Notes: generated from the sequence alone by a model not told the origin. DNA of 64,000 nucleotides from Alphaproteobacteria bacterium (GCA_029941135.1 JAPYRI010000004.1:3116-67115); one strand, 5' to 3'; positions 8,652-18,350 are shown, counted from the stretch's first letter. A program made the numbers and translations.

Positions 8652-10916
8652 TTAGCTGCCGTTTTTGATCGCCGCCAAAATTTTAGGCGGTGACAAAGGA
8701 AGATCGGTCATACGGACGCCGATGGCGTTGGACACGGCATTCGCGACCGCGCCCAAAGGCGGAATGATAGGCACTTCGCCGACCCCACGTACTCCAAACG
8801 GATGAGCTTCGTTGGGCACTTCAATAATCACCGTATCGATCATCGGCAGGTCGGACGCAACCGGCATGCGGTAATCGAGGAAACCGGTGTTCTGCAGACA
8901 TCCATCGTCGCCGTAGACGTATTCTTCGTTCAAGGCCCAGCCGACCCCTTGGGCGACACCGCCTTGGATTTGCCCTTCCACGTAACTGGGGTGGATGGCG
9001 CGGCCGACGTCTTGCACGGCGGTGTAGCGCAGCACGGTGACGTGACCGGTTTCCGGGTCAACTTCCACATCGACGATATGGGTGCCGAAACCGGGTGCTG
9101 CGCCTTGGGCGTTGATAGCGGCGCGACCGGTGATCGGCCCGCCCATCTTGGCCGATGTGCGTGCGATGTCGGCGAGCGACATGGGCTCGAAGTCGCCAGC
9201 ATTGGGCCCGGCGGGCCGGGCGTGGCCTTCGCTCCATTCGACCGCATCTGGGCTGATATCCCACACTTTGGCGGCGCGTGTGCGCATTTGGTCAACCGCG
9301 TCGGTGGCCGCATTACACACTGCCATGCCACTGGCAAAGGTGGTGCGGCTACCGCCGGTCAAGTCGTTGTAGCCAATGGAACTGGTATCAGCGACGATCG
9401 GACGCACTTTGTCGTAGTCGATGCCGAGTACCTCGGCGGCCATGGCTGCCATGCTGGCGCGTGAACCGCCGATATCCGGATTGCCCGACAACACAACCGC
9501 TGTTCCATCGGTGTTGATGTTCACAGACGCGACAGATTCACCCCCCACGTTGAACCAAAACCCGCTCGCCACACCTCGACCCTGGTTGGGGCCGAGCGGT
9601 GCTGAGTAGTGGGGGTGGTTTTTTGCGGCCTCTAAGCATTGTTCGTTGCCGATGGGGCCAAACTTGGGGCCATAAGGCGCGGTCGTGCCTTCCTTGGCGG
9701 CGTTCAATTCGCGCAGGGCAATGGGATCCATGCCAAGTTTCTGCGCCATTTCGTCAATGACGCTCTCAACCGCGAACTCGGACATTGGCGCCCCGGGAGC
9801 CCGGTAGGCCGCAGCTTGAGGGCGATTAACCACCACATCAAAGCCAACAGTCTTTACGTTCTCGAGGTTGTAAGGCGCAAATGCTGTCATGGCGCCCGGC
9901 CCAACAGGTGAGCCAGGATAGCAGCCCGCTTGATAGCGCAATTCGGCTTCACCGGCGGTCAATTTACCGTCCTTAGTAGCGCCTAATTTAACATCGATAG
10001 ACGTACCAGACGTGGGGCCAGTAGCCCGCATAACCTCTTCACGGGTCATGGTCATTTTGACCGGTTTGCCAGCCCTGCCCGAAAGCGCCATGGCGACAGG
10101 CTCCAAGTAGATGACGGTTTTGCCACCAAATCCGCCGCCGATCTCAGCCGGAATAACCCGGATTTGGGCTTCATCAATCTGCATCAGACGGGCGCAATAG
10201 GACCTCACCATGAACTGGCCTTGGCTGCTGCACCAAATTGTGACCTGGCCATCTTCGGCGACACTAACTACGGCACCGTGGGGCTCGAGATAGCCCTGGT
10301 GAGCGGGTTTGGTCTTAAAAGTGCGTTCGATGATCACGTCAGCCGCGGCAAAACCCGCTTCCAGGTCGCCGAAGCCGAATTCGCAGCGGGAGGCGACGTT
10401 GGACGCCTTCGTCGGCGCCGGATCCACTCCAACAGTGATCATTTTTTTGTGCAGAAGCGGTGCTTTTGGTTTCATCGCTTCGTCCACGTCAATGACATGG
10501 GGCAGCACTTGATACTCAACTTTTATGAGCGACAGCGCTTTATCGGCGATGGCCGATGTGGTTGCCGCAACTGCGGCCACCGGATGGCCGTCATACAGGA
10601 CTTTCTTGCGCGCCATCAACTTGTCGGACATTTCGCTAAAATTGGCCGCCAGAATGCCGATCGAAATGGTCTTGTTGGGCAGATTTGGGAAGTCCTTGCC
10701 GATAACCACTGATTTCACGCCGGCGAGCTTTTCTGCCTTGCTGGTATCGATTGATTTAATTTTTGCATGCGCATGCGGGCTTCGGAGGATTTTACCGATC
10801 AGCATTCCCGGCATGCTGCTATCGGCCGAAAACAATGCCCGCCCGGTGACTTTGTCGGTACCATCGGGACGAACCGTCCGCTTACCGACCCATTTATAGT
10901 TGCCATCCACACCCAT
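8652..10916 (-). CDS. Xanthine dehydrogenase/CO dehydrogenase family molybdopterin-binding large subunit
   Basis: The 754-aa protein carries the Moco-domain motifs ...AEIGGGFGGKTV... and ...QAAAYRAPGAPM..., and has the aldehyde-oxidase / xanthine-dehydrogenase a/b-hammerhead plus Moco-binding architecture. Confidence 0.9.
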   Translation of the reverse strand: MGVDGNYKWVGKRTVRPDGTDKVTGRALFSADSSMPGMLIGKILRSPHAHAKIKSIDTSKAEKLAGVKSVVIGKDFPNLPNKTISIGILAANFSEMSDKLMARKKVLYDGHPVAAVAATTSAIADKALSLIKVEYQVLPHVIDVDEAMKPKAPLLHKKMITVGVDPAPTKASNVASRCEFGFGDLEAGFAAADVIIERTFKTKPAHQGYLEPHGAVVSVAEDGQVTIWCSSQGQFMVRSYCARLMQIDEAQIRVIPAEIGGGFGGKTVIYLEPVAMALSGRAGKPVKMTMTREEVMRATGPTSGTSIDVKLGATKDGKLTAGEAELRYQAGCYPGSPVGPGAMTAFAPYNLENVKTVGFDVVVNRPQAAAYRAPGAPMSEFAVESVIDEMAQKLGMDPIALRELNAAKEGTTAPYGPKFGPIGNEQCLEAAKNHPHYSAPLGPNQGRGVASGFWFNVGGESVASVNINTDGTAVVLSGNPDIGGSRASMAAMAAEVLGIDYDKVRPIVADTSSIGYNDLTGGSRTTFASGMAVCNAATDAVDQMRTRAAKVWDISPDAVEWSEGHARPAGPNAGDFEPMSLADIARTSAKMGGPITGRAAINAQGAAPGFGTHIVDVEVDPETGHVTVLRYTAVQDVGRAIHPSYVEGQIQGGVAQGVGWALNEEYVYGDDGCLQNTGFLDYRMPVASDLPMIDTVIIEVPNEAHPFGVRGVGEVPIIPPLGAVANAVSNAIGVRMTDLPLSPPKILAAIKNGS

Positions 10917-10918
10917 GA

Positions 10919-11395
10919 TTATTCTCCTCTCATTTCAGCAGCCACGTCCATGACGGACTTTACAATTTTGTCGTAACCCGTGCACCGGCACAGGTTGCCC
11001 GCAAGCCAATATCGAACTTCGGTTTCGGTCGGATTGTCGTTTCTATCCAGTAGAGACTTTGCGGCTACCAAAAAACCCGGTGTGCAAAATCCGCATTGCA
11101 ATGCTGCTTCTTCTAAAAATTTTTGCTGCAGTGGGTGCAGGGTATCGCCTTCGGCCATGTTTTCGATGGTTTCGATTTTGCGGCCCTCAGCTTCAGCGCC
11201 CAACACGAGGCAGGCACAGACTAGGCGACCGTCAATTGTGACACTGCAAGCGCCGCAGTCCCCTGAAGAACACCCTTCCTTACTGCCGGTCAGGTCCAAT
11301 TGATCGCGCAGTATATCGAGCAGGGTTTCCTGGGGTTCGCACAGAAACTCTACCGGTTCACCATTGACTGTAGATGTTACGTGGTGTTTCGACAT
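10919..11395 (-). CDS. Molybdenum hydroxylase (2Fe-2S)-binding small subunit, copy 2
   Basis: The motifs GCSSGDCGACSVTIDG...CGFCTPGFLV...CRCTGY are present. Confidence 0.9.
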   Translation of the reverse strand: MSKHHVTSTVNGEPVEFLCEPQETLLDILRDQLDLTGSKEGCSSGDCGACSVTIDGRLVCACLVLGAEAEGRKIETIENMAEGDTLHPLQQKFLEEAALQCGFCTPGFLVAAKSLLDRNDNPTETEVRYWLAGNLCRCTGYDKIVKSVMDVAAEMRGE

Positions 11396-11398
11396 TCT

Positions 11399-12265
11399 TT
11401 AACTCCTTGTACGTTCGAAGGCAATCAAAGCGGCCCGGCAGGCGAGAACACCCGCAACTTGGGTCCGGTATTCAATCGTGCCCCGCATATCATCAATGGG
11501 GTTGCAGGCAGCACTGGCTGCTGCTGCTAGTGCGTTCAGAGCGGCATCGTCGATCTTTGTGCCAATCAGTGCTTTCGCGCCATCAGCGACCAAAAGTACG
11601 ATCGGAGCGACCGCGCCTATGGCTACGCGCGCAGCGGTGCATGTGCCGCTTTTGTCGACGGTCAGACTTACGCCTGCGCCGACCATGGCAATGTCCATCT
11701 CGGTGCGTGGGATCATGCGCAGGTAAGCGTCCCCGGAACGGGGTGCAGGTTTAGGAAGGGTGAAATAAACGACAATCTCGCCTTTTTTGAGGACGGTCTT
11801 GCCCGGGCCTTTGCTGATTTTTTCAACCGGTACTTTGCGCCGGCCATTGGGTCCGGCGATGGTCGCGACGGCACTGGCTGCAATCAGGGCAGGGACGCTA
11901 TCAGCGGCGGGCGATGCGTTACACAAATTGCCGCCCAATGTCGCGCGCCCCTGAATTTGAGTGGAGCCGATGAGGTCCAAGGCTTCACAAACGCCCGGCC
12001 AGGCCTTTTTAAGCCGCTTATGTTCATTCACCTCCGCGCCGCAGACCGCTGCACCAATGCGAAAATCGTTCTTGTTGACGCTGATCGAGCACATCTCGTC
12101 GATGGACTTCACGTCAACAATTAAGCCGGGTTTTAGGCGTCCGGCCCGCAATTGCACCAGCAGATCAGTCCCGCCTGCCAGCACTCGTGCGCTGTTCCCA
12201 CCGTTTGCCATGAGCCCAACCGCTTCTTTTATCGAAGCGGGAGCTGCGTATTCTATTTGCGCCAT
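11399..12265 (-). CDS. Molybdenum hydroxylase FAD-binding (medium) subunit, copy 2
   Basis: The motifs ...VLAGGTDLLVQLR... and ...ATLGGNLCNASPAADSVPALIA... are present. Confidence 0.85.
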   Translation of the reverse strand: MAQIEYAAPASIKEAVGLMANGGNSARVLAGGTDLLVQLRAGRLKPGLIVDVKSIDEMCSISVNKNDFRIGAAVCGAEVNEHKRLKKAWPGVCEALDLIGSTQIQGRATLGGNLCNASPAADSVPALIAASAVATIAGPNGRRKVPVEKISKGPGKTVLKKGEIVVYFTLPKPAPRSGDAYLRMIPRTEMDIAMVGAGVSLTVDKSGTCTAARVAIGAVAPIVLLVADGAKALIGTKIDDAALNALAAAASAACNPIDDMRGTIEYRTQVAGVLACRAALIAFERTRS

Positions 12266-12404
12266 GTCTCTCCCCTATTCACCAAGTCGACTTAGACGAG
12301 TTTTCCATTAATCCGTCCATAAAAATAAGTGTGTCTGGAAGGCGTGTCAGCGAACATGGTTTCCAGTCAGAACGACCTATACCATGCTCCCCGCACGTCG
12401 AGAA

Positions 12405-13058
12405 TCAGTTGCCACCATTAAAATACCACTGACCGAGCATCCACAACAGGATCAAGGCACCAATCCAGACCATCGGATTAATCCCGCCATCCTCCTCGTA
12501 CTCCTCCACATTGATATCTTCTTCCTCGATTTCATCGCTCAATAAATCGGTGAGCGCGGAAAAAAACTGGTCTGCCAGTTTTGCCGCTGTACCTTCAATG
12601 AGGCGCGATCCGATTTGGGCCAATTTTCCACCAACTACGGCGTCGACGTCATAGGTCAGTCTGGTGTTGTCCCCATCGGTGGTCAAAACCACCTTGGCAC
12701 CGCCCTTGGCGAAACCCGCCGCTCCGCCCTGGCCTTCACCTGAAATGGTATAGCCGTTGGGCGGATCAAGGTCGGAAAGAGTAACTTCGCCTTTAAATTT
12801 GGCTTTGACCGGGCCGACCTTAATGGTCACCGCCGCCGTCATCTCGGTATTTGACAGCTTCTCAATTTCCTCACACCCAGGAATGCATACTTTCAACACT
12901 TCCGGGTCATTGAGGGCGTCCCAAACCTGTTCCCGTGTTGCCGGAATCGAGTACTCGCCCTTGATTTTCAACGAAATCCCTTTCGTTCTAATGGGAATGC
13001 CGCCCGAGCTTTCCCCCTCCCGTAGAGTTGATTTAGCGGCTTTACGGCCATCCGGCAA
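12405..13058 (-). CDS. CoxG-like SRPBCC protein (carbon monoxide dehydrogenase subunit G family) with acidic linker and C-terminal membrane anchor
   Basis: The core ...KIKGEYSIPATREQVWDALNDPEVLKVCIPGCEEIE...VKAKFKGEVTLSDLDPPNGYTISGEGQGGAAGFAKG... matches CoxG. The C-terminus EEEDINVEEYEEDGGINPMVWIGALILLWMLGQWYF is a hydrophobic tail. Confidence 0.8.
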   Translation of the reverse strand: MPDGRKAAKSTLREGESSGGIPIRTKGISLKIKGEYSIPATREQVWDALNDPEVLKVCIPGCEEIEKLSNTEMTAAVTIKVGPVKAKFKGEVTLSDLDPPNGYTISGEGQGGAAGFAKGGAKVVLTTDGDNTRLTYDVDAVVGGKLAQIGSRLIEGTAAKLADQFFSALTDLLSDEIEEEDINVEEYEEDGGINPMVWIGALILLWMLGQWYFNGGN

Positions 13059-13272
13059 TGCAGAAATTAACTTTCACACGGCTTCAAATCGCAGTTCGGC
13101 CACTGCTGGATGTTCGAGCGCACAATAACGTGACAAAACCTTTAAATTAAAGCGGTTTATCTCGTCGCCGTAATTTGGCATGCTTGTTAACTCGAAATAC
13201 CAAGAACAGCCGGTGCCCGGTCGCTGATGACTTAGGGGTAAAAGTACGGCGACCCATGCGAAAGGGGAATTT

Positions 13273-13752
13273 ATGCAAAGATCACTTCAAATCGATCCGG
13301 AAAAATGCACAGCCTGCATGCAGTGCGAATTGGCTTGTTCCTACCAAGCCACAGAATCGTTTAATCCATCGCAATCGCGGATCAAAGTATTCATGTTCCA
13401 CGAAACTGCGCGCTTCGTGCCCTATACTTGCACCCAGTGCGCGGAAGCCTGGTGCATGAAGGCGTGCCCGGTCGATGCCATCCAAGTAAACGCCGAAACT
13501 GGCGCCAAGGAAGTTATCGACAGCTTGTGCGTGGGATGCAAGGTGTGCACCATCGCCTGCCCGTTTGGCACGATCAATTACAGTCAATCGACCGGTAAAG
13601 TGGTCAAATGCGATCTGTGCGGTGGCGATCCCGAATGCGTCAAGGCTTGCCCAACCGATGCCATTACTTATGTGGACGCGGATTGGACCGGTCTCGACAA
13701 AATGCGGGCATGGGCAGCGAAAACCGATAGTCAGTCAGGCGCCCAGGCGTAA
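13273..13752 (+). CDS. 4Fe-4S ferredoxin-type electron-transfer subunit (AorA-like) of aldehyde:ferredoxin oxidoreductase
   Basis: The protein has multiple CxxCxxCxxxCP-type cluster motifs (CTACMQCELAC..., CTQCAEAWCMKACP, CVGCKVCTIACP, CDLCGG..CVKACP). Confidence 0.8.
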   Translation: MQRSLQIDPEKCTACMQCELACSYQATESFNPSQSRIKVFMFHETARFVPYTCTQCAEAWCMKACPVDAIQVNAETGAKEVIDSLCVGCKVCTIACPFGTINYSQSTGKVVKCDLCGGDPECVKACPTDAITYVDADWTGLDKMRAWAAKTDSQSGAQA

Positions 13753-13846
13753 GCCGCCAGCGGCACCCGTTTTTGGCCTCGTGGCCTCGGAAAAACATCG
13801 AGTTCGGCACCGACCGAACTTCACGGAATAAGGAGGAACAGCCATT

Positions 13847-15691
13847 ATGGCGTGGCATAAAAAAATTCTAAGGGTCAATCTCAGCAAAGGCACTTGTGAA
13901 AGTGAGCCGCTGAATTTGAAGTGGGCCGGGAAATATATCGGTCAGCGCGGCCTAGGCACCAAATATTTGTCCGAGGAAATAGACCCCAAGGTCGATCCTT
14001 TGTCGCCGGAAAATAAACTGATCATCGCGACCGGTCCTTTGACGGGGACGGCGGCGGCGACTGGCGGACGCTGGTCGGTGATCTGCAAAGGCCCGTTGAC
14101 GGGCGCGATCGCCGCCTCGAATTCGGGTGGCTACTTCGGCGCTGAACTGAAGTTTGCCGGCTGGGACATGATCATTATCGAGGGCCGGTCGGATAAACCG
14201 GTCTATTTGTTCGTGCAAGACGATAAAGCGCAATTACTGCCGGCAGACGACCTATGGGGCCAAGACGTATGGGAAACTGAAGAGGCTCTGCTCGCCCGTC
14301 ACCAGGATCCACAGATAAAAGTGGCTGCCATCGGCAAAGCTGGGGAAATCGGCTGTATGTATGCATGCGTCGTTAACGATAAGCATCGGGCGGCGGGGCG
14401 CTCGGGCGTCGGTGCCGTGATGGGGTCCAAAAACCTCAAGGCAATTGCCGTGCGTGGCACCCAAGGTGTCCCGGTGGCCAACCCGGCTGAGTTTATGGCG
14501 GCGACGACCGAAGCCAAAAAGGTATTGGCCGAAGACGCGGTCACCGGCCAAGGACTACCGGCCATGGGTACCCAAGTCATCATGAACGTGATGAATGAAC
14601 TCGGCGGGTTGCCCGCCCATAACCACCGCGACGTTCAGTTCGATGGCGCGAGTAAAATCGGTGCCGAAGCTATGATATTGCCCCGGCCCGATGGCTCGAC
14701 CAACCTGGTCAAGAACCAGGCTTGTTTTGGCTGCACCATTGCCTGTGGACGGATCTCTAAAATATCGCCCGAACACTTCACGGTTAAAAACAGTGGCAAG
14801 GAGTGGGGCGCGTCCGGCGGCCTCGAATACGAAAGCGCGTGGGCTTTCGGCGCCGACACAGGTGTTGATGACCTGGATGCGCTTACTTACGTCAACTTCC
14901 TATGCAACATGCATGGCATGGATACGATCTCGTTTGGGGCGACGGTTGCCGCCGCCATGGAGTTGTTTGAAATAGGCGCCATTACGACCAAAGAAACCGG
15001 CGGCATTGAATTAAAGTTCGGCTCGGCCGAAGCTTTGGTTGAAATGGCACTCCTGGTCGGGCGTGGCGAAGGCTTTGGCCTCGACATTGGTCTTGGGTCC
15101 AAACGCCTGTGCGAAAAATACTCGAAACCCGAAGTCGCCATGGTGGTGAAAGGTCAGGAATTCCCGGCCTATGACCCCCGCGCCATGCAAGGAATGGCGC
15201 TTGGCTATGCTACCAGCAATCGGGGTGCCTGCCATTTGCGTGGTTACACCGTGTCGGCTGAAGTATTTGGCGTGCCGGTCAAAATGGAGCCGTCGGCTAC
15301 CGAAGGCAAAGCTGAGATTACCATGGCCTTCCAAAACGCGACGTCGGTCGTTGACTCTGCCGGTATTTGCTCGTTCGCGACATTCGCCTGGACTTTGGAA
15401 GATGTGCAAAAGCAATTGAATGCCGATCTTGAAGGTGATTGGAGCCTTGAACGCCTACTCGAAACTGGCGAGCGCATTTGGAATCTGGAACGCCAATTCA
15501 ATTTGTCAGCGGGTCTGACCAAAGCTGATGACACATTGCCCGCGCGCTTATTGAAGGACGCGGCCAAAACCGGACCGGCAAAGGGCAAAGTCGCCGAACT
15601 CGGCAAGATGCTACCGGAATATTACGAGCTGCGAGGCTGGACGCCGGATGGCGTACCGACCAATGCAACGCTGGACCGGCTCGCGCTTTAG
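13847..15691 (+). CDS. Aldehyde:ferredoxin oxidoreductase, tungsten-pterin (AOR) family catalytic subunit
   Basis: The 614-aa protein has the AOR-family N-terminus MAWHKKILRVNLSKGTCESEPL...YIGQRGLGTKYL and conserved AOR_N/AOR_C blocks (...GPLTG...GGRWSV..., ...CFGCTIACGR...). Confidence 0.9.
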   Translation: MAWHKKILRVNLSKGTCESEPLNLKWAGKYIGQRGLGTKYLSEEIDPKVDPLSPENKLIIATGPLTGTAAATGGRWSVICKGPLTGAIAASNSGGYFGAELKFAGWDMIIIEGRSDKPVYLFVQDDKAQLLPADDLWGQDVWETEEALLARHQDPQIKVAAIGKAGEIGCMYACVVNDKHRAAGRSGVGAVMGSKNLKAIAVRGTQGVPVANPAEFMAATTEAKKVLAEDAVTGQGLPAMGTQVIMNVMNELGGLPAHNHRDVQFDGASKIGAEAMILPRPDGSTNLVKNQACFGCTIACGRISKISPEHFTVKNSGKEWGASGGLEYESAWAFGADTGVDDLDALTYVNFLCNMHGMDTISFGATVAAAMELFEIGAITTKETGGIELKFGSAEALVEMALLVGRGEGFGLDIGLGSKRLCEKYSKPEVAMVVKGQEFPAYDPRAMQGMALGYATSNRGACHLRGYTVSAEVFGVPVKMEPSATEGKAEITMAFQNATSVVDSAGICSFATFAWTLEDVQKQLNADLEGDWSLERLLETGERIWNLERQFNLSAGLTKADDTLPARLLKDAAKTGPAKGKVAELGKMLPEYYELRGWTPDGVPTNATLDRLAL

Positions 15692-15780
15692 GGGTTTTTA
15701 AGACGTGCGGGGGGTGCCCGTTCCAATACCTCTGGAGACGATAGCCACCCGTTTGCTGTCTGTCTGATGAGGATATTGAG

Positions 15781-17016
15781 ATGAAGCATGTGATTATCGG
15801 GGCCGGACCGGCAGGCGTGATTGCGGCAGAAACCTTGCGGGCGGCTGACGCCCGTGCGGAAATCACACTCATCGGGGATGAGCCCGAACCGCCATACTCG
15901 CGGATGGCAATTCCCTATGTTCTGAGCGGCATAATCGACGAAACCGGCACTTACCTGCGGAAAGATGAAGGCTATTTCGACAACTTGGGCGTTGAGGTCG
16001 TCCAAGGCCGGGTTGAAAAGGTGAACCCCGGCAAATGTTCGGTGACGGTGAATGGCGGCAACGTCAATTACGACCGGCTACTGATTGCGTCAGGCTCGCG
16101 CGCGGTCAAACCACCCATATCCGGATTGGATCTGCCTGGCATCCATCATTGTTGGACCTTGGAAGACAGTCGCGGCATCTCCGATTTGGCAAAAGAAGGC
16201 GCCAAAGTCGTGTTGATGGGCGCCGGTTTCATCGGCTGCATTATATTAGAATCCCTGGTCGCGCGGGGAGTTGAATTGACCGTGGTTGAAATGGGCGACC
16301 GCATGGTGCCGCGCATGATGAACCGGTCGGCCGGCAACATGATCCGCCGCTGGTGCGAAAAGAAAGGCGTGACGGTTTTCACCAGCACCCGCGGCGACGG
16401 GGTTGAGCAAGCGGGCACCGAATTAAAAGTCACGCTGAGCAATGGTAAAGCGATCAATGCTGATTTGGTTGTGGTCGCGACCGGAGTTGCGCCTAATATC
16501 GAGTTTTTAGAAGGCAGCGGCGTCAAAACCGACACCGGCATTTTGGTGGACCAGTATTTGGAATCCAGCGTACCCGGCATTTATGCGGCGGGGGATGTGG
16601 CAGAAGGGTTCGATTTCTCAACTGGCGCGCGCACGGTTCAAGCAATCCAGCCGACGGCAGCAGATCATGCCCGCGCGGCGGCACTTAACATGACCGGGAT
16701 AAAAACCCCCTTCCGGGGCAGCTTGGGCATGAACGTGCTCGATACGCTCGGCCTCGTCTCCACCTCATTTGGGTTGTGGAATGGGGTTGGCGGTGGGGAA
16801 CGGGCAGAGGTTATCGATGAAGAGAATTTCCGCTATGTCAGCCTCGAATTTGATGAAGACCAACTGGTGGGCGCGATTACCCTTGGCCATACTGACCATG
16901 TGGGTGTATTGCGAGGCCTCATTCAGACCGGTACGCACCTCGGCGCTTGGAAGCAACGTCTGATGGCCGATCCGACCCGGGTCATGGAGGCCTATCTGGC
17001 CGCGACCCAAGTGTAA
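15781..17016 (+). CDS. FAD-dependent pyridine nucleotide-disulfide oxidoreductase (AorC-like NAD(P)-binding subunit)
   Basis: The N-terminal FAD fold MKHVIIGAGPAGVIAAETL and a second NAD fold KVVLMGAGFIGCIILESL follow the ferredoxin-reductase-like architecture. Confidence 0.8.
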   Translation: MKHVIIGAGPAGVIAAETLRAADARAEITLIGDEPEPPYSRMAIPYVLSGIIDETGTYLRKDEGYFDNLGVEVVQGRVEKVNPGKCSVTVNGGNVNYDRLLIASGSRAVKPPISGLDLPGIHHCWTLEDSRGISDLAKEGAKVVLMGAGFIGCIILESLVARGVELTVVEMGDRMVPRMMNRSAGNMIRRWCEKKGVTVFTSTRGDGVEQAGTELKVTLSNGKAINADLVVVATGVAPNIEFLEGSGVKTDTGILVDQYLESSVPGIYAAGDVAEGFDFSTGARTVQAIQPTAADHARAAALNMTGIKTPFRGSLGMNVLDTLGLVSTSFGLWNGVGGGERAEVIDEENFRYVSLEFDEDQLVGAITLGHTDHVGVLRGLIQTGTHLGAWKQRLMADPTRVMEAYLAATQV

Positions 17017-17042
17017 TCGGCATTGACCCGGAAGAGTCAGCG

Positions 17043-17294
17043 ATGAAAGTCACGGTTAAATTATTTGCTCTTCTGGAAAAATATCTCCCACGGGATACGA
17101 TTGATCAGACCGTGGAGGTTGACGTGACTGACGGCGCTTCACCCCATGTTGTGCTGGCGAAGTTTGGAGTGCCGCCACAGGAATGCCACTTGCTCTTGGT
17201 CAATGGTTGTTTCGTCCTCCCCAGCGAACGGGATAACTTTGTCATGAGAGAAAATGACGCTTTGGCCGCGTGGCCGCCCATCGCGGGTGGATAG
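17043..17294 (+). CDS. MoaD/ThiS-family ubiquitin-like protein (C-terminal GG), AOR-cluster associated
   Basis: The 83-aa protein MKVTVKLFALLEKYLPRDT...ENDALAAWPPIAGG ends in Gly-Gly. It has an ATG at 17043 with an upstream GAAGAG ribosome-binding site. Confidence 0.65.
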   Translation: MKVTVKLFALLEKYLPRDTIDQTVEVDVTDGASPHVVLAKFGVPPQECHLLLVNGCFVLPSERDNFVMRENDALAAWPPIAGG

Positions 17295-17335
17295 AAAAGT
17301 TTAAGCGCTGTCGGGGGCGATACGCGACGGGGAGA

Positions 17336-17635
17336 ATAGGGGCTGTGACAACTGTTGTTACACAGGAAATGGGATTTACCCATAAACAATTGCTGCGCCT
17401 GTTACCGCGTGCGGCGGCGGACCGGCCTTACCAACTGAGCGACACGCAGTTCGTCATTGATGCCGGCAATAGCCGGACCGTGACGGTCGTGCTGGAACCT
17501 GAAACCGTACGCAAAATAGCGTCTGTATCTTTACCCCAAACGACTGTGCATTTTGAGTTTTCGGGCTTCGATTACGGTGAAGCCGAAGCCGAAATGGATC
17601 GATTGTCGATCCATTTTCATAAGGGCGGCGGTTGA
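17336..17635 (+). CDS. Conserved-looking hypothetical protein between the AOR cluster and the tungstate transporter (start uncertain: 17270, 17345 or 17372)
   Basis: This is an open frame of about 100 aa (...MGFTHKQLLRLLPRAAADRPYQLSDTQFVIDAGNSRTVTVVLEPETVRKIASVSL...DRLSIHFHKGGG). I do not recognise a family. Its codon usage resembles the neighbouring genes and it ends 10 nt before tupB. Confidence 0.35.
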   Translation: MGAVTTVVTQEMGFTHKQLLRLLPRAAADRPYQLSDTQFVIDAGNSRTVTVVLEPETVRKIASVSLPQTTVHFEFSGFDYGEAEAEMDRLSIHFHKGGG

Positions 17636-17645
17636 GGCAGGGAAC

Positions 17646-18350
17646 ATGAGTGACGTTGAAAGCGCATTACTCTCGGCAGTCAGGTTGGTTTTCACTTTGG
17701 ACCGGGACTTGGCGGAAATTATTGGTTTGTCCATGCGCGTCAGTTTGTCGGCGGTTGCAGTCGCGGCGCTCATTGGCGTGCCCTTGGGCGGTGCGCTCGC
17801 CCTATTACGGTTTCCCGGACGGAAGACTGTTATCGTATTGCTCAACGCATTTATGGGCCTGCCGCCGGTTGTTGTCGGCTTGGCGGTTTATCTCATGTTA
17901 TCGCGCCTGGGACCGATGGGTGTATTCGGTCTACTCTATAGTCCCGCTGCGATGATTATCGCCCAATCGGTATTGGTAACACCGATTGTCGCCGCCTTGA
18001 GCCGCCAGGTTTTTGTAGATTTCTGGAGCGAATATGAAGATCAGCTCAGATCTCTGGGTGCAGGCCGGGGAAGAGCGATCCTCACCCTGGCCTGGGATGC
18101 GCGCTCGAGTTTGGTGCCGCCGGTGCTCGCGGGATTTGGCCGCGCGACGGCCGAAGTAGGCGCGGTGATGATTGTCGGTGGAAATATCGATCATGTGACC
18201 CGGGTGATGACAACCACAATTGCCTTGGAAACCAGCAAAGGAAATTTGGCCATGGCCATGGGCCTTGGGATCGTCCTTGTGCTGTTGTCGCTTGCCGTGA
18301 ACGCGTCGGTATTTATTGCCAGCGAGGCCGCTGCCAAATCAGGGCGCTGA
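17646..18350 (+). CDS. tupB: Tungstate/molybdate ABC transporter permease (TupB-like)
   Basis: The protein has about six TM segments and an ABC-permease EAA-like region. The ribosome-binding site GAGGCAGGGAAC precedes the ATG at 17646. The ORF is open from 17553 but the upstream part overlaps the preceding gene. Confidence 0.75.
   Translation: MSDVESALLSAVRLVFTLDRDLAEIIGLSMRVSLSAVAVAALIGVPLGGALALLRFPGRKTVIVLLNAFMGLPPVVVGLAVYLMLSRLGPMGVFGLLYSPAAMIIAQSVLVTPIVAALSRQVFVDFWSEYEDQLRSLGAGRGRAILTLAWDARSSLVPPVLAGFGRATAEVGAVMIVGGNIDHVTRVMTTTIALETSKGNLAMAMGLGIVLVLLSLAVNASVFIASEAAAKSGR

Noticed and set aside
8802-10899. Several plus-strand ORFs of 120-220 aa inside the Mo large-subunit gene, and similar antisense ORFs inside the mrp genes, alaS, aspS and nrdJ (for example 21069-21941, 25066-25803, 56316-56831, 60374-60787)
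   Set aside because: They sit opposite strongly conserved genes. Their composition is skewed and no motif was recognised, so I treated them as non-coding reading-frame artefacts.
13059-13272. Possible sigma-54 promoter (ttggcatgcttgttaa) in the divergent Mo/W control region
   Set aside because: The -24 TGGCAT-like element is present, but the -12 element would be TTAA rather than TTGC with the required spacing. This is not convincing by eye.
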